The translations under genes and the position numbers were made by a program. Under the pieces are notes generated by a model. It had not been told where the DNA came from. It saw nothing but the letters and a program-made list of their open reading frames with translations, and ran no database searches. A stretch of 64,000 nt of DNA from an uncultured delta proteobacterium. GTDB taxonomy: Bacteria > Myxococcota > Kuafuiibacteriia > Kuafuiibacteriales > Kuafuiibacteriaceae. Shown piece by piece: positions 38,645 to 48,759 of the stretch (position 1 is its first letter; each line of letters starts with the position of its first letter). Location of the stretch: contig CAWDML010000003.1 of NCBI GenBank assembly GCA_963803435.1, forward strand, positions 448,001 to 512,000. Direction: 5' to 3'.

Positions 38645-41500
38645 ATGGCCCCGCTCCTCCTCTCCGCGTTCCTGCTGGCCGGTGTCGGCCAGACCGCGGG
38701 GCCCGAGACCGAGGCCCTGGACGCCCGCCTGCGTGCCATCATGGAAGCGCCCGGGCTGACCGTCCGGGAGCTCCGCATCACGCCACGCTCGGTGACGATC
38801 GGGATCGAGCTCCCGGAGCGGACGCCCCTCGACGCGCTACCGGTGGACCTGGAGAACCGAGTCGAGATCGCGGCCGGCGCGGTCAGTGCGCTCCTCCCCT
38901 CGGCCCGCGCGATCCATCTCCTCGTCGCGCACCCGGGCGAGCGCCTCCGGCCGCCTCCGGTGCACGCACCGCTCACGGAGAAGGCGAAGGTGATCCAGAC
39001 CGTGCGCACCGATCCGTCGCGCTTCCCCTTCGGACAGTCGCTCATCGGCAAGACGGTGGCGCTGAGCCCCGGCCATGGCTACGAGTACTACGACGCGCTC
39101 GGCGGGTACTCCACGCAGCGCGGGAACGTCCGGTGGACGGGCTGCGGCGACTGCCGCGGCATCACCGAGGACTTCGAGACGCACGAGATCGTGGTCCGGT
39201 ACCTGGTGCCGCTCCTCGAGGGCGCGGGCGCGCGCGTCGTGCTGGTTCGCGAGCGTGCCTATTCGGACGACCTGGTGGTCGTCGACGACGGCGACCCCGG
39301 CTACCGCGAGTCGAACGGAGCCTTCGCCGCCGGCGTCTCGGAGGGCGGGAACCAGGACGACTACCGCACCGCGTTCGATCCCGGGTCGACCGCCGAGTGG
39401 ACGCTCACCGCTCAGCAGCCGGGGAAGCAGCTGCTCTCGCTGTGGTTCGTCGCCGGGACGAACCGCCTGACGGACGCCGAGCTCGAGGTGGACGTCCCGG
39501 GCAGCCAGCACCGGTACAGCGTCGATCTCACGGGTTGGGGACGGCGCTGGACGCCGATCGAGCTCTTCGATCTCTCGCCGGGCGACGTGGTGTCGGCCCG
39601 CCTCTCGGCGCCGCTCGCCGGTGCGGGCGATCGCGCGCTGATCGCCGACGCGGTGCGGCTGGGCGCCGGGAAGCACACCACCAATCATCCCTGGTGGCAG
39701 ATGAGCGCGCAGGACTTCGCGGCTTATCAGAACGCGCCGCCCGCAGTGCAGGCCTACAACGACGTCACGATCCGCCCGCGCTACTCCGAGTTCTACGGTG
39801 CGGACATCTACGTCGCCGTCCACAGCAACGCGTCGGGCATCGCCGACAGCACCGCCGCCGGGACGGCCACCTACCGCTACAACTGCGGCCTCTACGCCGA
39901 TCACTCGAACGATCCGCCGCCCGCAGACTGCGACGATCCGATCGGCAGCGACAGCCTCCAGGCCCTCGTGCATCAGTCGTTGATCGACGCCCTGCGCACG
40001 GACTGGGATCCCGCCTGGGTCAATCGCGGGACGCTGGTCGCCAACTTCGGAGAGGTGCGCGAGCTCGACGGGATCCCGGGCATCCTCATCGAGACGGCCT
40101 TCCACGACAACGTCCGGCTGGCGGCGGGCAGCGCGCTGCGCGTGACCGACAACCAATCGCTCCACGATCCGCGCTGGCGGCGCACCGCGGCCTTCGGGAT
40201 CTATCGCGGGATCAGCGAGTACCTGGTCGGGCAGGGTCCGCTGGTGGCACCCCCGCCGGAGGCGCTCTCGCTCCGCCACCTCGATCGCACGTCGGTCGCG
40301 CTCGCGTTCGAGCCGGTTCCCGGGGCCAGCGGCTACCGGGTCTACGTGGCCCAGGGCAACCGCACGTTCGACCAGGGCCGGCTCACCACCACCTCGACGA
40401 TCGTCCTCGACGACCTCCTCGAGGACACGGCGATCGCGGTGAAGGTGGCCTCGCTCGATGCGGCCGGTGAAGGGCGATCGAGCGCCGTGGTGGTGGCGCG
40501 GACGTCCGGGCGTCCGGCGCAAGCGCTGATCGTGGACGCCTTCCAGCGCGAGGATGCCTGGGTGCAGGAGTACGACAATCAGCACGACACGGCGCTCGCC
40601 TACGGTCTGGCCGCCGGCGGTACCGCGTACGCATTCGACGGCGCCAACGAGCGCGCGCTCGCGTCGGGGCTGATCGATCTTGCCGGCTACGATGCGATCA
40701 TCTTGGCCCTCGGCCGCGAGTCGACCGAGCACGGCGTGCTCACGCCCGATCTTCGGGACCGGATCGCCGCGTTCGCCCAGGCGGGCGGCGCGGTGTTCGC
40801 CTCGGGGAGCGAGATCGCCTACGCCCTCGATCTGCGCGGCGACGACCCGAGCCGGGCCTTCCTCGAGGACGTGTTCGGCGCCGGCTTCGGAGCGGACGAC
40901 GCCGGGGCCGCCGCAATCGGTGGCGCGCCGGGAGCCTGGCTGGAGCCGATCACCTCGGCGCTGGTGTCGGTGTCGAGCGCTGGGATGCTCGAGGCCCGCT
41001 CGTCGGACGTGCTCGCGGCGAGCAGCGGCTCGGTCGAGCTCCTCTATGCAGGTGGCGCCGGCGCCGCCGCGGTGCGCAGGGACCACAGCCTACTGATGGG
41101 CGTAGCGCTCGACAGCGTCGCCGATCTTCCCACCCGCACCGCGATCCTCGGCGGCTGGCTCGAGAACGCGGTGGTGCTCGCGCCCGAGGATCTCGAGCCG
41201 CCCCCCGATGCCGGCGTCCCGCCCGATGGCGGCGCCCCTGGGCCGGACGCGAGCGACGAGGTCGACGGGGGCACCAAGACGCTCCCGGACGCCGCTTTCG
41301 TCCCAGATGCGTCCGACGCCCTCGACGCCGCGTCGCCCGCCGACGGATCGCTCGACATCTCCAACCCTGTGGCGGGCGGGTGCGGGTGCAGCGCCGCGCC
41401 GGAGCCTCGCGTCACGGGTCCGCTCCCCCTGGTCGGTCTGCTCCTCGGCCTGATCGCCGCACGACTGGGGTCGCGGAGACGGCGAAGGGCCGCGATGTAA
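38645..41500 (+). CDS. N-acetylmuramoyl-L-alanine amidase (Amidase_3-like) with inserted beta domain, FN3 and MYXO-CTERM
   Basis: SPGHG, VHSNA, ILIETAFHDN; ADAVRLG; FN3 GYRVY; C-terminal GGCGC-TM-RRRRR. Confidence 0.85.
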   Translation: MAPLLLSAFLLAGVGQTAGPETEALDARLRAIMEAPGLTVRELRITPRSVTIGIELPERTPLDALPVDLENRVEIAAGAVSALLPSARAIHLLVAHPGERLRPPPVHAPLTEKAKVIQTVRTDPSRFPFGQSLIGKTVALSPGHGYEYYDALGGYSTQRGNVRWTGCGDCRGITEDFETHEIVVRYLVPLLEGAGARVVLVRERAYSDDLVVVDDGDPGYRESNGAFAAGVSEGGNQDDYRTAFDPGSTAEWTLTAQQPGKQLLSLWFVAGTNRLTDAELEVDVPGSQHRYSVDLTGWGRRWTPIELFDLSPGDVVSARLSAPLAGAGDRALIADAVRLGAGKHTTNHPWWQMSAQDFAAYQNAPPAVQAYNDVTIRPRYSEFYGADIYVAVHSNASGIADSTAAGTATYRYNCGLYADHSNDPPPADCDDPIGSDSLQALVHQSLIDALRTDWDPAWVNRGTLVANFGEVRELDGIPGILIETAFHDNVRLAAGSALRVTDNQSLHDPRWRRTAAFGIYRGISEYLVGQGPLVAPPPEALSLRHLDRTSVALAFEPVPGASGYRVYVAQGNRTFDQGRLTTTSTIVLDDLLEDTAIAVKVASLDAAGEGRSSAVVVARTSGRPAQALIVDAFQREDAWVQEYDNQHDTALAYGLAAGGTAYAFDGANERALASGLIDLAGYDAIILALGRESTEHGVLTPDLRDRIAAFAQAGGAVFASGSEIAYALDLRGDDPSRAFLEDVFGAGFGADDAGAAAIGGAPGAWLEPITSALVSVSSAGMLEARSSDVLAASSGSVELLYAGGAGAAAVRRDHSLLMGVALDSVADLPTRTAILGGWLENAVVLAPEDLEPPPDAGVPPDGGAPGPDASDEVDGGTKTLPDAAFVPDASDALDAASPADGSLDISNPVAGGCGCSAAPEPRVTGPLPLVGLLLGLIAARLGSRRRRRAAM

Positions 41501-41604
41501 CCCCTCTGTGAGTGCGGTCCGCACTTCCGCGCGGGTCCGGTCGGAGTGATCGGAGACGCTTTGGATCGATCGATTTTCCTGGATAACATTCTCTTCTCCG
41601 GAAC

Positions 41605-44196
41605 ATGTCGGTCCAAGGGCTCGAAATCTTCTTTACGCATCGCGGCCCCCCGCTGGAAGCAGCGGCGGCCGGGGCACGCGCGATCTTTCCCGACTCGTGT
41701 GCCGTCTGGGTGGTGGACACCGCGACGTTGAAGCGGCCGGGCCGTCTTGCCACGGCTGACCTCGAGTGGCTCGTCCGCCAGCGGGCACCGCTCATGCTCG
41801 ACGCGTCCGCGTCCTGGATCGACCTCACCAAGGCCGGCCTCTCGGCGGCGGCGTACCTGCCGATCTTCGCCAGCGCTCCGAGGTTCAATCTGGCGGGGCT
41901 GCTGGTTGAAACAGAGGCAGCCATCTCGCCGGATCTCTTTGAAAAGGCCGCCGAATATGCGGGGCGAATCGGCGACGTCTTGCTGTCGCGGATCTTGGGG
42001 TTCCCCGACCACTGCCGACTCTCACGGGCCGCGTTCGAGGTCTGGCTCGACCGCTTCCTCGCAGATGCGCGCCGCATCGAGCGGCCCCTCGCCCTGCTCG
42101 CGGTCCGCGGCCTGGATGACAGCGCGCCCCTTGCAGACTTGCCAGCGCTGATCGGCGAGGTCGACCCGGGCACGCTGCTGGTCGCGCTACCCGATCGTTC
42201 ACCCGAGGAGGTCCAGACGATCAGTCGCGCACTCGCGGCTCGGACCACGGCGCGGATCGGCGTGGTCAGCCTCACCGAGCTCGGCGCGGACGCCAGCGCC
42301 GAACGCATGATCCACGCTGCATGCAGCGCCGTCGGTGAGGGCCCCGAACGACGGTTGGAGCTCGCGCCCGAGCTCGTCGGGGTGGAACGCGCGCTCGAGG
42401 TCGATCTCCCGGGCATCTGGGGGCTCTTCGAGGCCCTCAACGATCGCGAGCGGATGGATCGCTTGCTCGAGTCGACGCTCCGGCACCTGATGGCGATGGT
42501 CAAGGCGACCCGCGGCATGGTCTGGGCCGCCGCGGACGGAACGACCGGAGGTGCCTGGCAGAAGCGCGTCGTGATCGACACTGGAGACGTGGCGCCGAGC
42601 GAGAGCGAGGAGAGCTTGATCGCCCGTGTGTTCGATTCGCGACGCACCGAGAGCGTGCCGGCGTCCGCGAGCCCGCAATGCTTGGCGATCCCGATCCTTC
42701 ACGACGAGGAGATATTCGGCGTCCTCTTTCTCGGGCGCGAGGGCGAGGCGCTCACGATGAACACAGTGGGCGTTCCCTATCTGGACTCGCTGGCGGCACG
42801 GATCGGGCGTGTCTTCAAGGACGCCCGTGCGGTCGATGCGGATCGGCGTCGCGAGCAGCAGGTCGGCGAGCGCTTGCGCAAGGAAGCGATCGAGCTCCGG
42901 CGATTGCTACGAGCACGTACCGGGATGATCGGGAACGACGCTTCGATCAAGAGCGTCATGCGAAGCATCGAGCGGTGCAGCGCCGCAAACGTCCCGGTGC
43001 TGATCACCGGCGAGACGGGAACCGGCAAGGAGGCTGCGGCGCGCTTGATTCACCGTCTCAGCGGGCGGCGGGGCCCGCTCGTCGTGGTCGACTGCGGAGC
43101 CATACCAGGGAATCTGCTCGAGAGTGAGCTGTTTGGCCACGAGAGGGGTGCCTTCACGGGAGCCGAGGCAACGAAGGTCGGGCGGTTCCAGCAGGCCGAC
43201 GGGGGCACCATCTTCCTCGACGAGATCGGCGAGCTGCCGCTCGAGCTTCAACCGAAGCTGCTCCGCGTGCTTCAAGAGTCGACCGTGAGACCCGTCGGAG
43301 GACGGGACGAGATCCAGCTCGACTTCCGCCTGGTGGCTGCGACCAACCGCGCTCTCGAGGTGATGGTGGGCCAGCGCCTCTTCCGCGAGGATCTGCTGTT
43401 CCGCCTTCGCGTGATGGAGATTCATCTGCCGGCGCTGCGTGAACGCGGCGAGGACATCGCGCTTCTCGCGCTCTACTTCATACGGCAGTACTGTATCGAG
43501 ACCGGGCGCGAATTTCTGTCGCTCTCCCCCGAGGCACAGGCTACGCTGATGGCCCATCGCTGGCCCGGTAACGTGCGAGAGCTTCAAAACACGATTCGCC
43601 GAGCGGTGCTGATGGCGCCGGGCCCGGAGCTGCTCGCGTCCGATCTCCACATACCGCTCAGTCGCCCGCGACGTTCGGTGAGCGTGCCCTCACCCGCGCC
43701 GATCGAACGACCGTCTCAAACTCGCCTGGACACACCGGGGGGCCTGGAGGATGCGGTCGCCGACTGGTTCTGGGAGGTCTGGGTTCCAACGGCGACCGGT
43801 TCCCCCAAGGAGATCATCGAGTCGTTCATACTCCGCGCGGCTCTGCGGATCACGGACGGCTCGGTCGGAAAGGCGTCCGAGTTGGTCGGGATGCATCCCG
43901 ATACGTTCGGAAGCCACCTTGAGAAGTTCGGAAAGGCCGCGGCCTCGCGCACGGTCCGAGGGAGCCGCCTCGGCGTGCTGCTCGAGGCCGAGCTGCAAGC
44001 CAACCTGGGGTCCCAGCCGCCTGCCGGTCCGTCTCTACTCGATCGGGTGTCGCACGCGCTGCTGCGGGAGCTTCTCGTGCGCTGCAAAGGGAACAAGAGC
44101 GAGATGGCTCGTGCCATGGGCTGGGGTCGCCAGACGTTGCTCCGTCACCTCCGGCGTCTCGAAATCTTGAAACCTCCCTCAGATGTGAACTCATAG
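41605..44196 (+). CDS. sigma54-dependent enhancer-binding protein with GAF-like domain
   Basis: [36 protein letters not shown]; Fis-like HTH. Confidence 0.93.
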   Translation: MSVQGLEIFFTHRGPPLEAAAAGARAIFPDSCAVWVVDTATLKRPGRLATADLEWLVRQRAPLMLDASASWIDLTKAGLSAAAYLPIFASAPRFNLAGLLVETEAAISPDLFEKAAEYAGRIGDVLLSRILGFPDHCRLSRAAFEVWLDRFLADARRIERPLALLAVRGLDDSAPLADLPALIGEVDPGTLLVALPDRSPEEVQTISRALAARTTARIGVVSLTELGADASAERMIHAACSAVGEGPERRLELAPELVGVERALEVDLPGIWGLFEALNDRERMDRLLESTLRHLMAMVKATRGMVWAAADGTTGGAWQKRVVIDTGDVAPSESEESLIARVFDSRRTESVPASASPQCLAIPILHDEEIFGVLFLGREGEALTMNTVGVPYLDSLAARIGRVFKDARAVDADRRREQQVGERLRKEAIELRRLLRARTGMIGNDASIKSVMRSIERCSAANVPVLITGETGTGKEAAARLIHRLSGRRGPLVVVDCGAIPGNLLESELFGHERGAFTGAEATKVGRFQQADGGTIFLDEIGELPLELQPKLLRVLQESTVRPVGGRDEIQLDFRLVAATNRALEVMVGQRLFREDLLFRLRVMEIHLPALRERGEDIALLALYFIRQYCIETGREFLSLSPEAQATLMAHRWPGNVRELQNTIRRAVLMAPGPELLASDLHIPLSRPRRSVSVPSPAPIERPSQTRLDTPGGLEDAVADWFWEVWVPTATGSPKEIIESFILRAALRITDGSVGKASELVGMHPDTFGSHLEKFGKAAASRTVRGSRLGVLLEAELQANLGSQPPAGPSLLDRVSHALLRELLVRCKGNKSEMARAMGWGRQTLLRHLRRLEILKPPSDVNS

Positions 44197-44201
44197 GGAC
44201 G

Positions 44202-44693
44202 ATGGACGAGCATGCTCACGTGTCGGTCGTTCGAGCGAACGGCAGAACCACGATCATGATTGCCGGCGTCTTGGATGAGACGTCGCAGCGAGCGCTGGAA
44301 GCGGCGTTCGCGGAGCTCGATGATCTGATCGAGCTCAACCTCCGAGGGGTCAAGAGGATCAACTCATACGGGATCGGAATGCTGATGAAGCACCTCAGCC
44401 GTGTTTCGCGAGATCATCGGATCGAGTTCGTCGAGTGCTCCGAGATGATCGTCGACCAGTTCCAGATGCTCGATTTCGCTCTGTATGGTCGGATCAAGTC
44501 CCTCTTCATGCGCTACTACTGCTCGCGCTGTCGGAGGGAGGACGTGAAGCTGCTCGATCTCGAGCAGGACATCCGCGTTCGCGATGACGGAGAGATCATG
44601 GCACCCGAGTATCCTTGCAGCTGTACCGGCCGCCTGGCGGCAGACGAGTCACTCGAGTTCCTGGCCGATCATCTGGATGAGCGCTCCGCCTGA
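44202..44693 (+). CDS. STAS-like domain protein with Cys-pair C-terminus
   Basis: LNLRGVKRINSYGI STAS motif; YYCSRC and CSC. Confidence 0.8.
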   Translation: MDEHAHVSVVRANGRTTIMIAGVLDETSQRALEAAFAELDDLIELNLRGVKRINSYGIGMLMKHLSRVSRDHRIEFVECSEMIVDQFQMLDFALYGRIKSLFMRYYCSRCRREDVKLLDLEQDIRVRDDGEIMAPEYPCSCTGRLAADESLEFLADHLDERSA

Positions 44694-44705
44694 TCGAAGA
44701 ATCAG

Positions 44706-45821
44706 TCAACGATCTCCGGCGGGGAGATAGAAGCGACGCGCGCAGCTGTTGGACTGATCTGCGATCAGAAGCGAGCTCCCGTCCAGCTGGAGCCGCGAGA
44801 GGAAGCCAAACCGTGCTTCGATCCCGGGCCCCCCGACGCCTTCGGTGCCCTTCTTTCCAGTACCGGCGATGGTGTCGATCGTGCCGTTGGGGGAGATGCG
44901 CCGGACGCGGAAGTTGGCTCCGTCGTTGATATACATCGTGCCGTCCTCCGCGATGGCGATCCCGTCGGGCCAGTTGAGCATGGCTTCGGTCGCGGGGCCG
45001 CCGTCGCCCGAAAAACCCAGCACGCCGGTGCCCGCGATCGTCGTGATCACGCCGTTGGGCGAGAGGCGGCGGACCACACCGTTGACCTTCTCGCTGAAGA
45101 AAAGGTTCCCGGCGGCGTCGAGGGCCAGCGCGGTGGGCCACGACAGGCGCGCCTCTGTGCCCGGACCGCCGTCGCCCGAGTACCCCTTCTCTCCGGTGCC
45201 CGCCACCGTGGTCACGACGCCGTTCTCGATGAGGCGCACGCGATTGGCCTTGCTGTCGCTGACGTAGATCGCGCCGTCAGGTCGGATCGCGATGCCGTCG
45301 AGCTGGTCGAACTGCGCCTCGAGCGCCGGCCCGTCGTTGGGCGTGTCGCTCACCGTGCCGGTCCCGGCCAGGTTGCGGAGCCGCCCGTCTTGATCGAGGA
45401 GCAGCACGCGCGGATCGTGGTACGAGGTGATCACGATCCTTCCGTCGGGCAGGAACTCGAAGTCGATGGGGTTCTCGAGCGGGGACTCCAGGGCGAGCGC
45501 GCCGACGTCGGCGAAGCCGTGCACCCCGTTGCCCGCGACCGTGGTGATGACGCCGTCCTCCCCGATCACGCGCAGCCGGAAGTTGTTGAAGTCCATCAGA
45601 TACACGCGGCCGTCCGGGCCGCGCCGCACCTCGGACAGCAGATCGAGCTCGGTCTCGGGCGCAGCGAGCCCGTCACCGTTGAAGCCGATGGCGCCGGTGC
45701 CGGCCAGCTCGCACAGCGTGCCTGGCTCCGCCGACAGGCACCGATCGGGCCCACACGCAGCGGTGGCGGCGGCGATCGCGATCGCTCCGGCGAGGATCGA
45801 GGCAGTGGCCAGCAGGTTCAT
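44706..45821 (-). CDS. NHL-repeat beta-propeller lipoprotein
   Basis: Lipobox TAACG; repeats of ITTVAGTG..GFSGDGGPA. Confidence 0.88.
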   Translation of the reverse strand: MNLLATASILAGAIAIAAATAACGPDRCLSAEPGTLCELAGTGAIGFNGDGLAAPETELDLLSEVRRGPDGRVYLMDFNNFRLRVIGEDGVITTVAGNGVHGFADVGALALESPLENPIDFEFLPDGRIVITSYHDPRVLLLDQDGRLRNLAGTGTVSDTPNDGPALEAQFDQLDGIAIRPDGAIYVSDSKANRVRLIENGVVTTVAGTGEKGYSGDGGPGTEARLSWPTALALDAAGNLFFSEKVNGVVRRLSPNGVITTIAGTGVLGFSGDGGPATEAMLNWPDGIAIAEDGTMYINDGANFRVRRISPNGTIDTIAGTGKKGTEGVGGPGIEARFGFLSRLQLDGSSLLIADQSNSCARRFYLPAGDR

Positions 45822-45825
45822 GGGG

Positions 45826-46305
45826 CTACGGTTGGCTGCAGGTGCCTTCGTATCCTCCTTGGGCTTCCGTCCCGCAGCCCGAGTGGCAGCCGTAGCAGCG
45901 GGGCGTGTCGACACCCACGACGTTGCGATCGAGGTCGACCTGCTGCCAGGTCCAGTCGAGCGTGACGGGTGAGCTCCCCGACTCGAGACGCTTCATCACG
46001 GTCCACTGCTTGATGTCGCCCGAGCAGGTCGAGTCGCCGAACTCGTACTCCTCCTTGACCACGACGCCGCCGACCGGGATCGGATCGATGCGCCCTTGAT
46101 ACGGTCCGGTCGAGGGTCCGTCCGTCAGGATGCGGACGAAGTTGAGGTCGTGATCTCCGCTCTGACGGCAGTTGCGGACCTCGGTATACGTGGTCAGGTA
46201 GTCCGCCGGGAAGAACGGCTGGTCTTCGGTTCCACCCCCGTTGCACGCCGCCAGGGCGAGGAGAAGGCCGAGACCGGCAGAGCCGCGGGTGATCAGATCA
46301 TGCAT
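45826..46305 (-). CDS. cytochrome P460 / c'-beta family-like lipoprotein
   Basis: Lipobox LAACN; PVGGVVVKE, VMKR, DWTW, C-terminal CYGCH. Confidence 0.75.
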   Translation of the reverse strand: MHDLITRGSAGLGLLLALAACNGGGTEDQPFFPADYLTTYTEVRNCRQSGDHDLNFVRILTDGPSTGPYQGRIDPIPVGGVVVKEEYEFGDSTCSGDIKQWTVMKRLESGSSPVTLDWTWQQVDLDRNVVGVDTPRCYGCHSGCGTEAQGGYEGTCSQP

Positions 46306-46308
46306 GGC

Positions 46309-47601
46309 TCATGGGAGCAGCACCGTGCGGATCACGTTGTTGCCCGTGTCCGCCAGGTACAGTCGGCCGTTCGCCCACGCCACTCCGAAGGGGAGCTTCA
46401 TGGTGGCCTCGGTCGCGGGTCCGCCGTCGCCGTCGAAGCCTTTCACGCCGCACTGACCGGCGACGGTGCGGACGGACTTGTCGGGCGCGATCGCGCGGAC
46501 GCAGTGGTTGTTGATGTCGGTGAAGTAGAGCGTGCCGTCGTCCCCGAAGGCGAGATCGACGGGTGTGTTGAGCAGCGCGTCGAGCGCCGGTCCGCCGTCG
46601 CCCGAGTATCCGGACTGAGGCACGCCGTCGACCGGCGGCTGGCCGGCGATCCGGTGGACGATCCCGTCGGTGTCGATCATGCGGATGAGATCGTTCGAGC
46701 TGTCGGCGAAGTACAGGTTGCCGTCCGGGTCGAAGACGATGCGTCCGGCCGGGATGGCGGACTGTCCGAACGGCTGGGCCATCCGCATCTCGGAGGCAGG
46801 GATCTCGTCGCCGGAGTAGCTCGGCGTGCAGGGCTTCGAGCAGAAGGTCGCCACGTCGCCGCAGGTCCACTTTCCGGAGGGTCCGTTCGGACCGGCCGGA
46901 CACTGGGAGGGCTCGACACCCTGACCGCAGGGGCCGGGGCCGGCGGGCGCAGGCGCGTCGATGATGCACTGTCCGGCCAGCTTGTGAATGACCCCGGCGG
47001 CGTCGATGTACCGGAGCACCTGGTTGGCCTCGTCCATGATCACGAGGTTGCCGACCGGATCGAGCGCCAGGCTGGCCGGCAGGTCGAGTGAAGAGGTGAG
47101 CGCGGGGCCCTCGTCCCCGAAGTAGGCGCGCTTGCCGTCGCCGCAGGCGTCGACGATCTGACCGCTCGCGAGGTTCAGCGTGCGAACCTTGCTGTTGTGC
47201 CAGGCGGCGATGATGATGTTCTCACCGCTCGCGTCGAAGATGATGTTCGGCGGGTGATTGAAGTCGCCGTTCGCCGGATCGTCGAGGCTGCCGCCGAGCT
47301 CGCCGCGTCCGGCCACCCAGGTCAGCATGCCGTCCGCGTCCAGGTGCCGGATGCGATGGTTGTTCCAGTCGGAGATGTAGAGCGTCCCGTCGGGCGCCGG
47401 GAGCGTGTCCTGCGGGAGGCTCATCTTGGCCTCGAGCGCTACCAGCGAGGCCGTGTCCGCGTCGGGGTCATAGCCGTTCTCACCGCTGCCGGCGATCGTG
47501 CAGATGTTCCCTGGAACGGTGATGTCGCAGGCCTTCGTGCCGTCGCCGCACCCGGCGGCGCCGGCGGCGGCGATCGCGATGAGCAGCCCGTACCGTTTCA
47601 T
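46309..47601 (-). CDS. NHL-repeat beta-propeller lipoprotein with Cys-rich insertion
   Basis: Lipobox AAGCG; YISDWNNHRIR, GDGGPA repeats. Confidence 0.88.
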   Translation of the reverse strand: MKRYGLLIAIAAAGAAGCGDGTKACDITVPGNICTIAGSGENGYDPDADTASLVALEAKMSLPQDTLPAPDGTLYISDWNNHRIRHLDADGMLTWVAGRGELGGSLDDPANGDFNHPPNIIFDASGENIIIAAWHNSKVRTLNLASGQIVDACGDGKRAYFGDEGPALTSSLDLPASLALDPVGNLVIMDEANQVLRYIDAAGVIHKLAGQCIIDAPAPAGPGPCGQGVEPSQCPAGPNGPSGKWTCGDVATFCSKPCTPSYSGDEIPASEMRMAQPFGQSAIPAGRIVFDPDGNLYFADSSNDLIRMIDTDGIVHRIAGQPPVDGVPQSGYSGDGGPALDALLNTPVDLAFGDDGTLYFTDINNHCVRAIAPDKSVRTVAGQCGVKGFDGDGGPATEATMKLPFGVAWANGRLYLADTGNNVIRTVLLP

Positions 47602-48758
47602 TTCACCACCTTCACGATCCGATCGTTGAGCGAGTCCATCACGTAGAGATTTCCGGTGGGATCGAACGCGATCCCGAAGGGACGCCGGAGGTGCGTCTCG
47701 GTCGCGGGCAGCCGCTCCTCCTGGTCGAGGCCGAGCTCGCCGGTGCCGACCACTGTCCGGATCACGCCCGAGCTCAGCTCGATGGCGCGCACGGCCCCGT
47801 TGTCCGTATCCGCGAAGTAGAGGTCGCCCTCCGGTCCGATCTCGAGGTCGCGAGGCGCGCTCAGCTGGGCCTCCAGCGCCGGTCCGCCGTCCCCTCCGAA
47901 GCCTTTGTCCCCGGTGCCGGCCAGGGTGGTGACCGTGCGATCGGTCAGGTCCATGACGCGGATGCGATTGTTCTCGGTGTCGGAGATGTACAGCTTGCCC
48001 TGGTCGAAGACGATGCCGCCGCTCGGATTCGGGTTGGATCCGAAGGCCCAGGAGAACTCGGCCTCGCGGGACGGTCCGTCGAGGTAGCCGGGCGTACCGT
48101 CGCCGGCGATGGTGTCGATGACGCCGTCCGTCCCGATCATGCGGATGCGCTGGTTCTGCTGATCGAGGATGTAGATGTTGCCGTCGCCGTCGATCGTTGC
48201 GTCGTTCGGCTGCTTGAAGAGCGCGCTCTCCGCGGGGCCACCGTCGCCTGAGAAGCCGGCGCCGCTGCCGCAGACGACGCTCACCCAGCCGGTGCTCGCG
48301 TCGATGCTGAGGAGCTTGTGGTTGTGCCAGGCGACCAGGAGGACGGATCCGTCCGCCTTCTCGAGCATGTTGGTGGGGTGGTTGAGCTGCCAGTCGGCGC
48401 CCGCGGCGCCGCCGGGCTTGACGCCGCCGAGCGGCCCGTCGCCCGGGAACACGGGATTGGTCCAGCCGACCACGCTCTCGATGACGTCGTCCTCGCGGAC
48501 CTTCCGGACCAGGTAGTTGTTGAAGTCGCTCAGCCAGGCGGTGCCGTCCACGAGGAACACGAGGTCTTGAACCTGGTTGAACTTGGTCTCCCAGCGGGCC
48601 AGGCCGTCGCCGTTGAAGCCTTCCTCACCCTTGAGCCCGGCCCAGGTACAGGCGGCGCCGGACTTGGCGTTCGCGCAGGGATCGCCGCCGCCGCCGCACG
48701 CAAAGAGCGCCGAGGTCAGGACGACCGCCATCCACGTCTTCAAGCTCGCTGTCCGCAT
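47598..48758 (-). CDS. NHL-repeat beta-propeller lipoprotein
   Basis: Lipobox LFACG; YISDTENNRIR, GDGGPA repeats. Confidence 0.88.
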   Translation of the reverse strand: MRTASLKTWMAVVLTSALFACGGGGDPCANAKSGAACTWAGLKGEEGFNGDGLARWETKFNQVQDLVFLVDGTAWLSDFNNYLVRKVREDDVIESVVGWTNPVFPGDGPLGGVKPGGAAGADWQLNHPTNMLEKADGSVLLVAWHNHKLLSIDASTGWVSVVCGSGAGFSGDGGPAESALFKQPNDATIDGDGNIYILDQQNQRIRMIGTDGVIDTIAGDGTPGYLDGPSREAEFSWAFGSNPNPSGGIVFDQGKLYISDTENNRIRVMDLTDRTVTTLAGTGDKGFGGDGGPALEAQLSAPRDLEIGPEGDLYFADTDNGAVRAIELSSGVIRTVVGTGELGLDQEERLPATETHLRRPFGIAFDPTGNLYVMDSLNDRIVKVVK

Positions 48759-48759
48759 C

